From: Candidatus Latescibacterota bacterium
GTDB lineage: Bacteria > Latescibacterota > UBA2968 > UBA8231
Direction: 5' to 3'
NCBI GenBank assembly: GCA_029941565.1
Contig: JAPYRN010000003.1
Location: 107,358-171,357 of the forward strand
DNA: 64,000 bases
Translations under genes and position numbers: made by a program
In this document: piece by piece, positions 19,652 through 29,469 of the stretch
How the letters are laid out: each line of letters starts with the position of its first letter
Numbering within the stretch: position 1 is the stretch's first letter
The notes under the pieces: model-generated
Database searches by the model: none
What the model was told of the DNA's origin: nothing
The model's input: only the letters and a program-made list of their open reading frames with translations

Positions 19652-21090
19652 AAGCCTGTCGCGCTCTGCTGCTCCTTTTGGCGTTGCTGATCTGTGCCAC
19701 TGACGTCGACGCACAGTCGGTATATGCAGTCGATCGCCAGCAGGTCAATGTTCGTGAGGATGCGACGACACAGAGTGCCCGCATCAGTGTCTTGCGCCAA
19801 GATGAAGAGGTGATGGAACTGCGGCGAGTGGGGCAGTGGATGGAGGTGCGCATGGCGGACGGTTCGCGCGGTTGGATTCACGCTCAGCTGCTGGTCCCAC
19901 GGCTACTCGTTGACGGAGAGGGTGTAAGACTCCGGGCCCGACCCTCGGCTACGGGAGCATCGGTGACGATGCTGTTTCGTGGGCAGGAGGTGACGCGGTT
20001 ATCGCAGAGTGGCAATTGGACGCAGGTTGAAATTCTGGATGGGCGAACGGGGTGGTTGTCGAGCCAGTACGTGCGCGACAAAGTGGAACAGGATTTGCGC
20101 ACCGAGCGACCTCAGGTGGCCCAATCGACGACCGCCGTTGAAGTCGAGACGCCACCAGTCGCCGCGCAGCAGCGTCAACAAGAGAGCACAGGCCAGGCGG
20201 CTGCCGCCGCCCTGCAACGCGACCCGTACGCTCAAGGACTGCAACACGAAGCCGCCGGTGATCACGCGCTGGCGTTGGACAGCTTCCTGGAGGTCTTGGT
20301 CGCCGATGGGGATCAGATCAATGCCCTCGTCCATGCAGCGCAAGCGCACCGTAAGTTGGGCGAATACGACGATGCCCTTGAAAAGCTCTATCGAGCTCTG
20401 CGACTAACTGGTGGGCGCAAGGATGTCTATCTGATCCTCGGGGAGATCCACCGCCAGCAGGGCGCAACAGACAGTGCCGCCAAGTATCAGTCGCTGTTCC
20501 GTGGCGAGGGACCTGTAGAAATTCCGCCCGATTCTGCCAGCATTGCACAGACGGCTGTGGTCACTGACGAGGTCGTGCCATCGCCATTGCCAGAGGGCAC
20601 GGTGCTCGATGATCTACCCAAATCAAAAGTCACTGCAGATGAAGGGCTGATGTTCGACACCCCCTGGTTGCCAGTCGGTCTGGCTGGGATCGGTCTGCTG
20701 GCGCTGGCCGCCGTCGGCTGGTGGGTGCTTGGTACATCGACACATCGGACAAAGAAGGGGGCTGCTGTCGTTGCTGATCCTCGTTTTGAAAAGGTGTGGG
20801 ACGAGGAGTCGCAGCAGGCGCGACAGGGTAAGGCGACGACGGAAGAAGAGGCCGAACTAGACCTCCAGATAGACACCCGCTGGCGTGAGTTGAAAGAGAG
20901 TACGGGGACCTTCGCCACTTCCCAGTCCACCGGCGAGGGTGTTGATGGAATCCTCGATCAGGTCGAGGGTTTGCGGCGCACATTGGAGGGACAGGACGAA
21001 CGCTCGCGTATCTATGCGGACGTCCTGCGTCTGCAGAATATGAAGATCGACGCGATGACGGAGGAAATCGCCCGGTTGCGCAAAGGTTGA
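19648..21090 (+). CDS. Hypothetical envelope protein: signal peptide, two SH3b-like domains, TPR-like region, TM helix, C-terminal coiled coil
   Basis: Two repeats of the Q/R-V-NVRE...G-W-EV...GW pattern (SH3b-like), a TM segment [23 protein letters not shown], and a heptad-rich C-terminus. Confidence 0.5.
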   Translation: MKACRALLLLLALLICATDVDAQSVYAVDRQQVNVREDATTQSARISVLRQDEEVMELRRVGQWMEVRMADGSRGWIHAQLLVPRLLVDGEGVRLRARPSATGASVTMLFRGQEVTRLSQSGNWTQVEILDGRTGWLSSQYVRDKVEQDLRTERPQVAQSTTAVEVETPPVAAQQRQQESTGQAAAAALQRDPYAQGLQHEAAGDHALALDSFLEVLVADGDQINALVHAAQAHRKLGEYDDALEKLYRALRLTGGRKDVYLILGEIHRQQGATDSAAKYQSLFRGEGPVEIPPDSASIAQTAVVTDEVVPSPLPEGTVLDDLPKSKVTADEGLMFDTPWLPVGLAGIGLLALAAVGWWVLGTSTHRTKKGAAVVADPRFEKVWDEESQQARQGKATTEEEAELDLQIDTRWRELKESTGTFATSQSTGEGVDGILDQVEGLRRTLEGQDERSRIYADVLRLQNMKIDAMTEEIARLRKG

Positions 21091-21114
21091 GCCCTCGGGC
21101 AAAACCCTTATGGC

Positions 21115-21813
21115 CTAGAAGCTGTGGCGGTAGACGAGTTGCAGTCGGGCATCTCCGGAAGCGTCGAGGGAGAGTTTGGGGAAAATTTTCTTCGTTCGCG
21201 TCTTCGGGATGAGCGCCACACCGAGACTGCCAGCGGCGAGGATCCCTGAACTCCAGCCCCACAGCCCCGCACGGTCCGCTCTGTCCTCAAGCTCCCTTGC
21301 TCGGGACTCGAGCCCATTTTCTCGGTTGATTTTTGCCTCGGTGTTGCGGTCGGATTTCGTGTCGAACTGCAACCAGGAGATCAGCGTGAGAGCGACGGTG
21401 CCTCCAAGGAAGCTGATATAAGGGAACTCTCGAATGGTCACCTCTCGGGCATTGCTGCCCAGCGATTCGAGGGTGACGAGTTTGTTGATCTGATCAGGCT
21501 GGAATGTGAAGACTTCGCCATCCCTGCCGCGCACGATGACGAGGTCGGAACTGCGCTCCAACAATTGACCCATGACGACGGTACCGTCTGTAAGGTAAAC
21601 ACGCGTATCTGGACCTCGCGACTGCTGTGCACTGAGCAGGGCGGGCTGACTGATGATGGACAGGGCGATGAGAAGGATGATCGCGTGATGCACGGAAAAT
21701 GCCTCTTTCAGAATGAAGACGACGATGACTCTTCGCACCGCCGACTGGGCACCGGCGAGTACTGTAAGTACCTGTATCTGCTGGCAATATACGAGGCCCC
21801 CCAACTCTGTCAA
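21115..21813 (-). CDS. Hypothetical secreted/outer-membrane protein (C-terminal ...LQLVYRHSF)
   Basis: Hydrophobic signal-like N-terminus and a terminal aromatic Phe after an alternating hydrophobic strand. Start codon uncertain. Confidence 0.35.
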   Translation of the reverse strand: MTELGGLVYCQQIQVLTVLAGAQSAVRRVIVVFILKEAFSVHHAIILLIALSIISQPALLSAQQSRGPDTRVYLTDGTVVMGQLLERSSDLVIVRGRDGEVFTFQPDQINKLVTLESLGSNAREVTIREFPYISFLGGTVALTLISWLQFDTKSDRNTEAKINRENGLESRARELEDRADRAGLWGWSSGILAAGSLGVALIPKTRTKKIFPKLSLDASGDARLQLVYRHSF

Positions 21814-21821
21814 TACGACTG

Positions 21822-22997
21822 GTGAGACTGGACAAAGAAGGTATTCGGACAGCTACGGTTGCCGAAATCGAGGCGGCTCTGGGGCGTCGTGGTGCCATCG
21901 GACGACGCCTCCTGGCACTGCTCGAACAGGATGCTCGACCCGGTGTTCGCCGGCTGGCGGTGCGCGAACGAGGGCGTTGGCGAGGCCGTCAGGCAGAGCG
22001 TCGCCGAGCCCGGAAGATGCGAGATCTGGAGGACCGATTCCGTGCTGAGGGCGCGTTGCGACTGGCCGGTGTGGACGAGGTCGGTCGTGGTTGTCTGGCA
22101 GGACCGGTGGTGGCTGCTGCCGTCATTCTGCCGCACGAATTGGAGGGCCTGGACGAACTCGATGATTCGAAGGTTCTCGATAGGGACACCCGTATCCGCC
22201 TGCGAGAGCGCATCGTCGATGTTGCCCTCGACTGGTCCGTTGCCGCCGTCGGGGCGGCTGAGATCGACCGAATCAATATTCTGGAGGCCTCCATGCAGGC
22301 CATGCGCGAGGCGCTGAAAGCACTGCAGCCTGCACCCGACCGAGTCCTGGTCGATGGCAATCGGGCGCCGCAGAGTGGTCTACCGGAAACGACATTGATC
22401 CACGGCGACGCGAGGTCGGTGTCGATTGCGGCGGCATCTGTGCTTGCCAAGCAGCACCGAGACGCCATGATGATCGATTTCGACGCCCGATTCCCCGGGT
22501 ACGGCTTCGCTAGCCATAAGGGATATGCCAGCGCCGAACATCGACAAGGTCTGATGCGTTTGGGCCCCTGCATCTTGCACCGGCGCTCTTTTCGGCCACT
22601 GGCTCAGCGTGACCAGATGCAACTGGACTTTGAAACAGCGCCACCCACCACCGGGGTTCTGGGAGAACGGGCAGCTGCAGATTATCTACAGGAAAAGGGC
22701 TACGGGATTCTGGCCCGTCGATACCGTGCAGTCGGCGGCGAGATCGATCTTGTGGTCAGCCGTGGTGACTGTCTCGTCTTCGTCGAGGTAAAGTCCTCTG
22801 ACCGTCGACATGGACGACCAGAAGAGCGGGTAGACGTCGCCAAGCAACGGCGAATAGGACGGGCGGCGGCTCAATATATCGAGCGCGGCGTTGCCGGCAC
22901 GACGGAGTTTCGTTTCGATGTTGTCGCTGTCGATCTGTCGCCGGGGGTGCCCCGGATCAATCACATCGAGGATGCCTTCGACGTCCCCACCCGATAG
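21822..22997 (+). CDS. rnhB: Ribonuclease HII fused in-frame to a YraN/UPF0102-family endonuclease domain
   Basis: RNase HII core (AGVDEVGRGCLAGPVV...DDSKVL...HGDARSVSIAAASVLAK...HRRSF) continues without a stop into the YraN motif (GERAAADYLQEKGYGILARRYRAVGGEIDLVV...VFVEVK). The start could be GTG 21822 or ATG 22017. Confidence 0.75.
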   Translation: MRLDKEGIRTATVAEIEAALGRRGAIGRRLLALLEQDARPGVRRLAVRERGRWRGRQAERRRARKMRDLEDRFRAEGALRLAGVDEVGRGCLAGPVVAAAVILPHELEGLDELDDSKVLDRDTRIRLRERIVDVALDWSVAAVGAAEIDRINILEASMQAMREALKALQPAPDRVLVDGNRAPQSGLPETTLIHGDARSVSIAAASVLAKQHRDAMMIDFDARFPGYGFASHKGYASAEHRQGLMRLGPCILHRRSFRPLAQRDQMQLDFETAPPTTGVLGERAAADYLQEKGYGILARRYRAVGGEIDLVVSRGDCLVFVEVKSSDRRHGRPEERVDVAKQRRIGRAAAQYIERGVAGTTEFRFDVVAVDLSPGVPRINHIEDAFDVPTR

Positions 22998-23001
22998 TTA
23001 G

Positions 23002-24309
23002 TCAGCTGCATAAACCATCCTGATAAACGATCTGACCGGCGACGATGGTCGCTACGGCGCGACCCACCAGATCCATGCCAACGAAGGGTGTATTCGTTGA
23101 CTTGGAGCAGAAGGCGGCGGGGTCGACGGTCCAGCGGCATTCTGGATCCAGGATGGTGACGTCACCCACCGCCCCAGGCGTCAGCCGACCACCCGGCAGT
23201 CCCAGGATGCTGGCCGGGGCCCATGTCCACTTTTCCACCAACGTCGGCAGATCGAGTCGGCCCCCCTCCACCAGGATGGTCATCGACAATCCTATGGCGG
23301 TTTCCAGTCCGACGATGCCGAAGGGAGCTTGCTCCAGTGGCAAAGCTTTTTCCTGCGCGGTGTGCGGGGCATGGTCGGTGGCGATCGTATCGATCGTGCC
23401 ATCGGCGAGACCGGCCTTCATCGCTTCCACATCACCGTCACTGCGCAGTGGCGGGGCCATTTTCGCCATGGCTCCCTGGCGCTCGACCTCTTCATCAGTG
23501 AGGTAGAAATGGTGGGGAAGTACCTCGCAGGTGACGGGCAGCCCGTCGGCCTTGGCGGCGCGGACCAGGTCAACGGTGCCCGCCGTGCTGATATGAGCGA
23601 TGTGCAGTGCGCCCCCCGTTTGTCGCACGAGTTCGATGTCGCGGGCAATCATGTCGTCTTCCGCCGCCGGTGGCATGCCTTTCACGCCGAGTCGTTGGGC
23701 GATGTCACCGGCATGCATACAGCCGCCATCGGAGATGGCGCGAAACTCCTCGTGTGGAAATATGGGTCGGCCGATTTGTTGGGAGATCTGCAAGGCCTGA
23801 CGCATCAGCCTCTCGTCTTCCACAGGATCACCGTCGTCGGAGAAGGCGACGGCACCCGCCGTGGCCAGTTCCTGTAGTGGTGCCAGCTGCTGGCCCCGTC
23901 GTCCACGGGTGATGCAGCCGATGACGTAGACCCGAACCTTGCCGTCCCTTTTCCCACGGCGAATCACGTCCTCCAGGTGGGGGACTTCATCCGGCGGTGG
24001 GTCGGTATTCGGCATGGCGGCGATGGCGGTAAACCCGCCGGCGGCAGCAGCAGAGGTGCCGCTGGCGATCGTCTCCTTGTGCTCGAATCCGGGGTCTCGC
24101 AGGTGTACGTGAGAATCGATGAAACCGGGTGTGACGACGAACCCAGTCGCATCGAGGTCTGTTACTCCCTCTGGCGCCGGCAGCGCGGTGCCGACGGCTT
24201 CGACGCAGCCATCGACGAGTAGAACGTCCGCCACCTGGTCCATGCCATTGGCAGGGTCGATGACTCGCCCTCCGGACAGCAGCAGACTACTCCCGGTCCG
24301 TCCGTGCAT
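23002..24309 (-). CDS. pyrC: Dihydroorotase (multidomain-type)
   Basis: GFIDSHVHLRDPG, AIAAMPNT and DHAPH motifs; 435 aa. Confidence 0.85.
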   Translation of the reverse strand: MHGRTGSSLLLSGGRVIDPANGMDQVADVLLVDGCVEAVGTALPAPEGVTDLDATGFVVTPGFIDSHVHLRDPGFEHKETIASGTSAAAAGGFTAIAAMPNTDPPPDEVPHLEDVIRRGKRDGKVRVYVIGCITRGRRGQQLAPLQELATAGAVAFSDDGDPVEDERLMRQALQISQQIGRPIFPHEEFRAISDGGCMHAGDIAQRLGVKGMPPAAEDDMIARDIELVRQTGGALHIAHISTAGTVDLVRAAKADGLPVTCEVLPHHFYLTDEEVERQGAMAKMAPPLRSDGDVEAMKAGLADGTIDTIATDHAPHTAQEKALPLEQAPFGIVGLETAIGLSMTILVEGGRLDLPTLVEKWTWAPASILGLPGGRLTPGAVGDVTILDPECRWTVDPAAFCSKSTNTPFVGMDLVGRAVATIVAGQIVYQDGLCS

Positions 24310-26053
24310 CTGCTGATTGCTCCTTCTTTATTGGTTGTGATGCCGGCACTCGCCGCCGCCGGAGCGCGCCCACGAAGCGGCACGCCTCGGCTCGCGTCAA
24401 CAGCGAGGGTGCCTGCCATCCACGTAGGCGCAGGTCGAAGCTGAGGCGCAATGGCGCCGGTGGTTCGATGGTGGGTTGTTCATCCTCCCGTTGCCGCGAG
24501 GCTGACTCCAGGATCTGGCGGGTCGCCCCCTGCCAGCGTACCCGACCCTGGTCCATGACGCAGACCTGCGAGGCGAGTTCGGCGACGCGGTCCATATCGT
24601 GGCTCACGAGCACAACGCTGACGCCATCCGCTGCCAGCCGGGAGAGCAGGTCGGCAACGACGGCTTCATTTGCAGGATCGAGTCCGGCTGTCGGTTCGTC
24701 GAGTACGATCACCGTCGGCGCGATGGCGAGTACCCCGGCGATGGCCGCCCGGCGGCGCTCACCACCGCTGAGGGCCAGTGGCGGGCGAGTGCCAAAAGCG
24801 GTGATGGGTAAATCCACCTTGCTCAGGGCGTCGGTGGTACGGTGTTCTATCTCTTCTGCTGAGCAGCCGTGGTTTCGTGGGCCGAAGGCGACGTCGGCGG
24901 CGACGGTCTCCTCGAAGAGCTGGTCTTCCGGGAACTGGAATACGAGCCCCACCTCACGCCTGGCACCGCGCCCATCACCATCATTCCAGATGTCCTCGCC
25001 ATCGAGACAGACGCGTCCGGATGTGGGGCGCAGCAGGCCGTTGAGGTGCTGCACGAGAGTTGTCTTGCCGGAGCCACTGGGTCCCACAAGGGCGGTGATT
25101 GATCCGGGGGGAATGGCGAGTTCTACATCCTGAAGGGCCATGATGGGATCCGGTACGCTGACACGATAGATATGGGTCAACCCCTCCACCGTCATTCGCG
25201 CAGCTCCCGAAGCAGGTTGGGAGGCGACCTCGCAGGACGCCTCCAGTGGGGCCTCGAAGTCACGCACAAGCCAATCGCTCAGCTCTACCGGGTCAATGGC
25301 TTGTGCAGCACCTCCTCCGGCGGCGACGGCAACCTCGACGGCAAAGGGGGCGGCGAGACCTATCCGCCTAAGACTTGCGGGTTGGCGGTAGATGTGGCGG
25401 GGTGTGCCATCGTCGACGAGCAGGCCCTCATGGAGTACGAGAATGCGCTCTGCCCGTGCCGCCTCCTCTGGCGATTGCGTGATGTGCAGCACGCCCAGGC
25501 CCTGCTGACACAGCTGCCCGACAAGGTCCATGAGTTCGGCCCGCGCCGTCGGGTCCAGCAGGGCTGTGGGCTCATCAAGGATCAGGAAATCAGGTTGCAC
25601 GGCGACGGCGGCGGCCACGGCAAGACGCTGCCGCTCACCGCCGGACAGCAGATGGGGTGGATGGCTGCGGTAGTGGTCGAGATGAAAACGTCGGAGTATT
25701 TCCTCCACTCGGCTTCGCATCTGTGTCGGTTCGACGCCGTGATTTTCAAGTCCAAATGCGATATCCGTTTCCACAGTGGGTGCGACGAGCTGATCATCTG
25801 GATTCTGGAAGACCATGGCGACGCGCTGGCGGATTTCTGCCACTGAGTCCCGAGCCACTGTCACGCCGTCAACGCGCACGGCCCCGGAGGTAGGCGTCAA
25901 CAGGCCGTTGAGGCACCGTGCCAGCGTGGTTTTGCCGGAACCATTGGCACCGATAAGCGCTGTCCACCGACCTGACTCGAGAGTGGCTTTAACGCCACGG
26001 AGGGCCGGGATGCCATTGGCGTGCACATACTCTAGCTGATCGATTTCGATCAT
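24287..26053 (-). CDS. Fused tandem ABC ATPase of ECF/CbiO type (EcfA-EcfA' duplication)
   Basis: Track ORF 24287..26353. Likely start ATG 26053 (MIEIDQLEYVH). Two complete NBDs with Walker A (GANGSGKTT, GPSGSGKTT), the signature LSGGERQR, and the ECF-type VFQNPDDQ motif. No adjacent T or S component. Confidence 0.75.
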   Translation of the reverse strand: MIEIDQLEYVHANGIPALRGVKATLESGRWTALIGANGSGKTTLARCLNGLLTPTSGAVRVDGVTVARDSVAEIRQRVAMVFQNPDDQLVAPTVETDIAFGLENHGVEPTQMRSRVEEILRRFHLDHYRSHPPHLLSGGERQRLAVAAAVAVQPDFLILDEPTALLDPTARAELMDLVGQLCQQGLGVLHITQSPEEAARAERILVLHEGLLVDDGTPRHIYRQPASLRRIGLAAPFAVEVAVAAGGGAAQAIDPVELSDWLVRDFEAPLEASCEVASQPASGAARMTVEGLTHIYRVSVPDPIMALQDVELAIPPGSITALVGPSGSGKTTLVQHLNGLLRPTSGRVCLDGEDIWNDGDGRGARREVGLVFQFPEDQLFEETVAADVAFGPRNHGCSAEEIEHRTTDALSKVDLPITAFGTRPPLALSGGERRRAAIAGVLAIAPTVIVLDEPTAGLDPANEAVVADLLSRLAADGVSVVLVSHDMDRVAELASQVCVMDQGRVRWQGATRQILESASRQREDEQPTIEPPAPLRLSFDLRLRGWQAPSLLTRAEACRFVGALRRRRVPASQPIKKEQSADARTDRE

Positions 26054-26243
26054 TTTTTCTGGCTTGCGTAGATGACTGGCTCCGCCGTCGGGGACAGTCC
26101 ATGGGAGAGTTCTCGTTGACACTCCGAAATCCCTCGGGTACCTTGGAATGGCCACCCATCTAAGGGCGCAAGATTCGACGCGCCCGTCAAGGGACCGACG
26201 TCGGTGCGTCGCCCGGATCCACACAACCGGAGTAGCCCCACAG

Positions 26244-27083
26244 ATGCTCAACGCCCTGTCGCGTCCTCTGCGCTTGCTGATTTGGCTCGTGGTTGTCGCT
26301 GGTTGCAGCGAAGATGACGACAATGTCACGCTGGCGGGCCCCGACTTTCCCACGGGGCCGGGCCGTTTCTACAATGTCGAGACGGTTTCCTTCGCTACCG
26401 TCGACGCCGTTTCCGTGTCGGCATCCTATGGCAGGTTGCCGGGAGCTGCCGCTCATCCAGTTGTCATCCTTGTACACGAAGTCGGTAGTATCGCAGCGGC
26501 GCAGGAGTGGTTGTACTCTGGTGTATTCGAAGAGTTGCTCGAAGGCGGGTACAACGTACTCGCTCTCGACTTGCGCGGTCACGGAAGCTCGACATTGCCC
26601 GATGATGGCCGGGATCAGGCTGTACTTCTTGTCACCGACCTGGAGGACATGCATCTCGAGGTCCGCGCCGCCGTCACCTGGTTGCGCACGCAACCCTCGG
26701 CCGACAACGCCCGGATCGCTGTGATTGGCAATGGGATTGGTGGGAACATCGCCTATGTCAGCATGGGTGCTTTTCCCGAGGATCTGCAAGCGGGCGTCGC
26801 CTTGTCCCCCGGATTCTGGGATCAGGAACTGCTGCCACTCGTCATCGGCGGTGGCATCACGCCATTTGCCCCGCATAGCATGCTGTATGTCGTAGGTGAG
26901 AGCGATCTGGTCGCTCTCAGCGATACGAGCCTGAGTTACGCGGGATTTGCGAGCCTGTTGGCATCGTCTACGGTGGACCCGAGCCTACAGGTGTTTCCCG
27001 GTGACTCCAATCATGGCCTCGCCCTGCTGCAATCGCCGACGACCTTACAGCTCATCCTCGAATGGTTGCAGACCCACCTCTGA
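26244..27083 (+). CDS. Alpha/beta-hydrolase fold lipoprotein (dienelactone-hydrolase-like)
   Basis: Track ORF 26148..27083. Start ATG 26244 gives a lipobox (LVVVAGC). HGSS/GNGIGG nucleophile-elbow-like segment. Confidence 0.6.
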   Translation: MLNALSRPLRLLIWLVVVAGCSEDDDNVTLAGPDFPTGPGRFYNVETVSFATVDAVSVSASYGRLPGAAAHPVVILVHEVGSIAAAQEWLYSGVFEELLEGGYNVLALDLRGHGSSTLPDDGRDQAVLLVTDLEDMHLEVRAAVTWLRTQPSADNARIAVIGNGIGGNIAYVSMGAFPEDLQAGVALSPGFWDQELLPLVIGGGITPFAPHSMLYVVGESDLVALSDTSLSYAGFASLLASSTVDPSLQVFPGDSNHGLALLQSPTTLQLILEWLQTHL

Positions 27084-27793
27084 GCACTTCCCGGAGATCA
27101 ACCACAACCGGGGCGGGCAAGATCGTCGTCGTCATTCCGGCGCTCAACGAGCAGGTCGCCATCCGTCTCGTGATCGCCGATATCCCCGACGTCGTTCACG
27201 AAGTCATCGTCGTTGACAACGGATCCGTCGATGACACCGCGGCTCATGCCGCCGCCGCCGGGGCGCGCGTCGTACATGAGCCCCAGCGCGGTTATGGGCG
27301 AGCCTGTCTGACCGGGATCGCCGCTCTCCCCGATGACACGGATATCGTGGTCTTTCTCGATGGTGACTATAGCGACCGCCCGGAAGAGATGGAGCGGCTC
27401 ATAGAACCCTTGAGGGACGGCGCGGCAGACCTCGTTATTGGCTCCCGCGTTCTCGGTGACCGGGAACCGGGTGCGCTGCTGCCGCAGGCACGGTTCGGCA
27501 ATGCCCTGGCGACCTTCCTCATTCGACTTTTCTACGGCGTTTCATACACCGACCTGGGTCCCTTCCGTGCCATCCGACGCGAAGCCCTGGAAAGGATTGG
27601 CATGGTCGATCAGGATTTCGGTTGGACGGTGGAGATGCAAGTCAAGGTGGCTCGTCATGGCCTGCGGGGTGTCGAGGTCCCCGTCAGCTATCGGCGACGT
27701 CACACCGGCGCCTCAAAGGTCACGGGGACGCTTGCCGGGACATTCCGGGCGGGCTGGAAGATCCTGTATACGATCTTCCTGCACGCTCGTTGA
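27062..27793 (+). CDS. Glycosyltransferase family 2, polyprenyl-phosphate sugar transferase type (ArnC/DPM1-like)
   Basis: VVIPALNE...VVDNGSVDDT...DGDYSD motifs. Confidence 0.75.
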   Translation: MVADPPLSTSRRSTTTGAGKIVVVIPALNEQVAIRLVIADIPDVVHEVIVVDNGSVDDTAAHAAAAGARVVHEPQRGYGRACLTGIAALPDDTDIVVFLDGDYSDRPEEMERLIEPLRDGAADLVIGSRVLGDREPGALLPQARFGNALATFLIRLFYGVSYTDLGPFRAIRREALERIGMVDQDFGWTVEMQVKVARHGLRGVEVPVSYRRRHTGASKVTGTLAGTFRAGWKILYTIFLHAR

Positions 27794-28090
27794 GAGGGTA
27801 GGTGGCTGTTCCTTGCCGTCCTCTGCGTAGTCCTGCTGCTGCGGCTGTGGGGGCTTGGTCAGGGTTATCCGGAATTCTACGGCCACGTAGACGAGATCGG
27901 CGTCGCCGCCAGTATCTGGAACTTCTTTCGGGAAGGGACCTTCGAGCCCACTGAATTCACCTATCCCGCCCTGTATCCGTATCTCGTCGCCGCGGGCATC
28001 TGGTGTTCGGCCGTTCTCGGCTTTGTCGACCTGCCCACCTGTGGCGACCTGCTCGAACGTATCGCTTTCACCTCCTACATCAATCCTGGA
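27794..28090 (+). pseudogene. 5' fragment of an ArnT/GT-C family membrane glycosyltransferase gene (no start codon, truncated after ~95 codons)
   Basis: The frame immediately after the GT2 stop reads WLFLAVLCVVLLLRLWGLGQGYPEFYGHVDEIGVAASIWNFFREGTFEPTEFTYPALYPYLVAAGIW..., an ArnT/PMT_2-like N-terminus. Homology ends where the inverted flagellin fragment begins. Confidence 0.45.
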
Positions 28091-28109
28091 TGGTCGGCCC
28101 TTTATAGGC

Positions 28110-28480
28110 CGCGTGCTCAGCATTGCCTCCACTGCTGCGTCCCGAATCGTCGATTCCCATGCTGTAACTCCCTCGATCGCGCGTTCCGTGAAGTCTAGAG
28201 TGTACTCCAGTCGGTTCATTGTGGCGCCGACGGTGCCGCGTTCACCAGCGACCCGGTTGATGGCCTCGTCGATCTTGGCCAGCGCTTGTCGCGAGCCGTC
28301 CCGCGTATTGACGGAGATGGTACTGAGATTGAGATGGTCATGTCCTCGAGGTCGTACTCCAGGCGATCGGCGGCGATGGCGTCACTGCCAAGCTGGAAGC
28401 TGCCTCCGATACCTTCATTGATGATCAGGGTGGTCCCATTCAGATCCCCGATCGTCCCATCACCAGAGATCTTCAGTTTT
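28110..28480 (-). pseudogene. Flagellin 3' fragment (variable region plus conserved C-terminal helix), 5'-truncated and frameshifted
   Basis: Reverse strand reads ...RQALAKIDEAINRVAGERGTVGATMNRLEYTLDFTERAIEGVTAWESTIRDAAVEAML, the flagellin C-terminal D1/D0 signature. A separate upstream frame carries variable-domain-like sequence. Confidence 0.5.
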
Positions 28481-28524
28481 TTTCACAAATCGGCCAATAT
28501 CTAAAAAAAAGTGCGACAAACTGC

Positions 28525-28551
28525 TAAAGTTGCGGTCAGATGGTTCCGATA
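28525..28551 (+). promoter_or_regulatory. Sigma-28-like promoter: TAAAGTTG-N-CCGATAG (spacing +1 relative to consensus)
   Basis: TAAAGTT at 28525-28531 and CCGATAG at 28546-28552, about 140 nt upstream of the flagellin start. Preceded by an unusual AT-rich T7/A8 segment at 28472-28510. Confidence 0.45.
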
Positions 28552-28690
28552 GACGGAACAGGAGGCGAGGGCTCGAGTCGCTTCACCTGGTTCTGGAGGG
28601 GATCGGGAGGGGTGAATAGGCGGGTTCCCGGCGGTCGGCGGGAGGGTTCTCTGGAGGGGGACCCTATCTGAGGAGCAAGGAGGCAATAAC

Positions 28691-29339
28691 GTGCCAATCA
28701 GAGTGAACCGCAGCATTTAGGCGATCAACGCGCAGCGCTCGATCTCGTGCAACGTAACGAGAGCCAATCGTCAGTTGGAGCGTCTGTCATCCGGTCTACG
28801 GGTGAATCGCGCCATGGACGATGCCTCTGGTCTCGTCGTCTCCGAAGGATTGCGGAGTGAGGCGGCGAAACTCAACCAGAACGTGCGCAATGCGCAACAG
28901 GGCTCGGTCCTGCTGCAGGTGGCCGGGTCATTGCAGGTGGTTAACAACATGTTCGTGCGCATGCGCTGAACTGGCGCTCCAGGCTACCGGGGTGGGCATC
29001 CCGGATCTTCGAGCCAGCGGAGCCGCCCTCAATCTGGGCCAGTTGTCGGTTTCAAGTATCGATGACGCGCGCTCCGCCATCGCTGGTATCGACCAGGCAA
29101 TCATCACTGTTTCGGCGGCGCGCGGTGATCTTGGCGCGGTGCAGAACCGGTTGGGTTTCTCCATTGGCTTTACCGAGGTGGAAATCGAGAATACCACCGC
29201 TTCCGACGCGACGATCCGCGATGCGGATATGGTTCTAGAAGTTACCGAGTTTACCCGTGCACAGCTGCTCCTGCAGACGAGTAACGCCATGCTGGTGCAG
29301 GCAAATGTGACATCCATCGGGGCGTTGTCCCTGCTCTAA
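28691..29339 (+). pseudogene. fliC: Flagellin (short FliC type, D0/D1 only) inactivated by TAG at codon 10 and a +1 frameshift
   Basis: AAGGAGG RBS 8 nt before GTG 28691. It reads VPIRVNRSI then TAG (28718-28720), then AINAQRSISCNVTRANRQLERLSSGLRVNRAMDDASG...VVNNMFVRMR, then a stop caused by an extra T at about 28957. Frame 0 then continues ELALQATG...GDLGAVQNRLGFSIGFTEVEIENTTASDATIRDADMVLEVTEFTRAQLLLQTSNAMLVQANVTSIGALSLL (flagellin C-terminus). Confidence 0.7.
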
Positions 29340-29385
29340 GGAATCCGGCCGATTTTCTTTCACACACGGCCAACCCTCCGGCGGG

Positions 29386-29429
29386 GAAGGGGCTGCCTCA
29401 TGGATGAGGCGGCCCCTTCTCATTTCTTG
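29386..29429 (+). terminator. Strong hairpin terminator downstream of the flagellin pseudogene
   Basis: GAAGGGGCTGCCTCAT gg ATGAGGCGGCCCCTTC forms a 16-bp stem with one G-U, followed by the T-rich TCATTTCTT. Confidence 0.6.
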
Positions 29430-29469
29430 ACCATCCTGTAGGTCGCCTGTAGCTTCGGCTGCCTGCCAG

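Noticed and set aside
28286-28504. 72-aa plus-strand ORF upstream of the flagellin promoter
   Set aside because: It is antisense to the reverse-strand flagellin C-terminal fragment and is read as an artefact.
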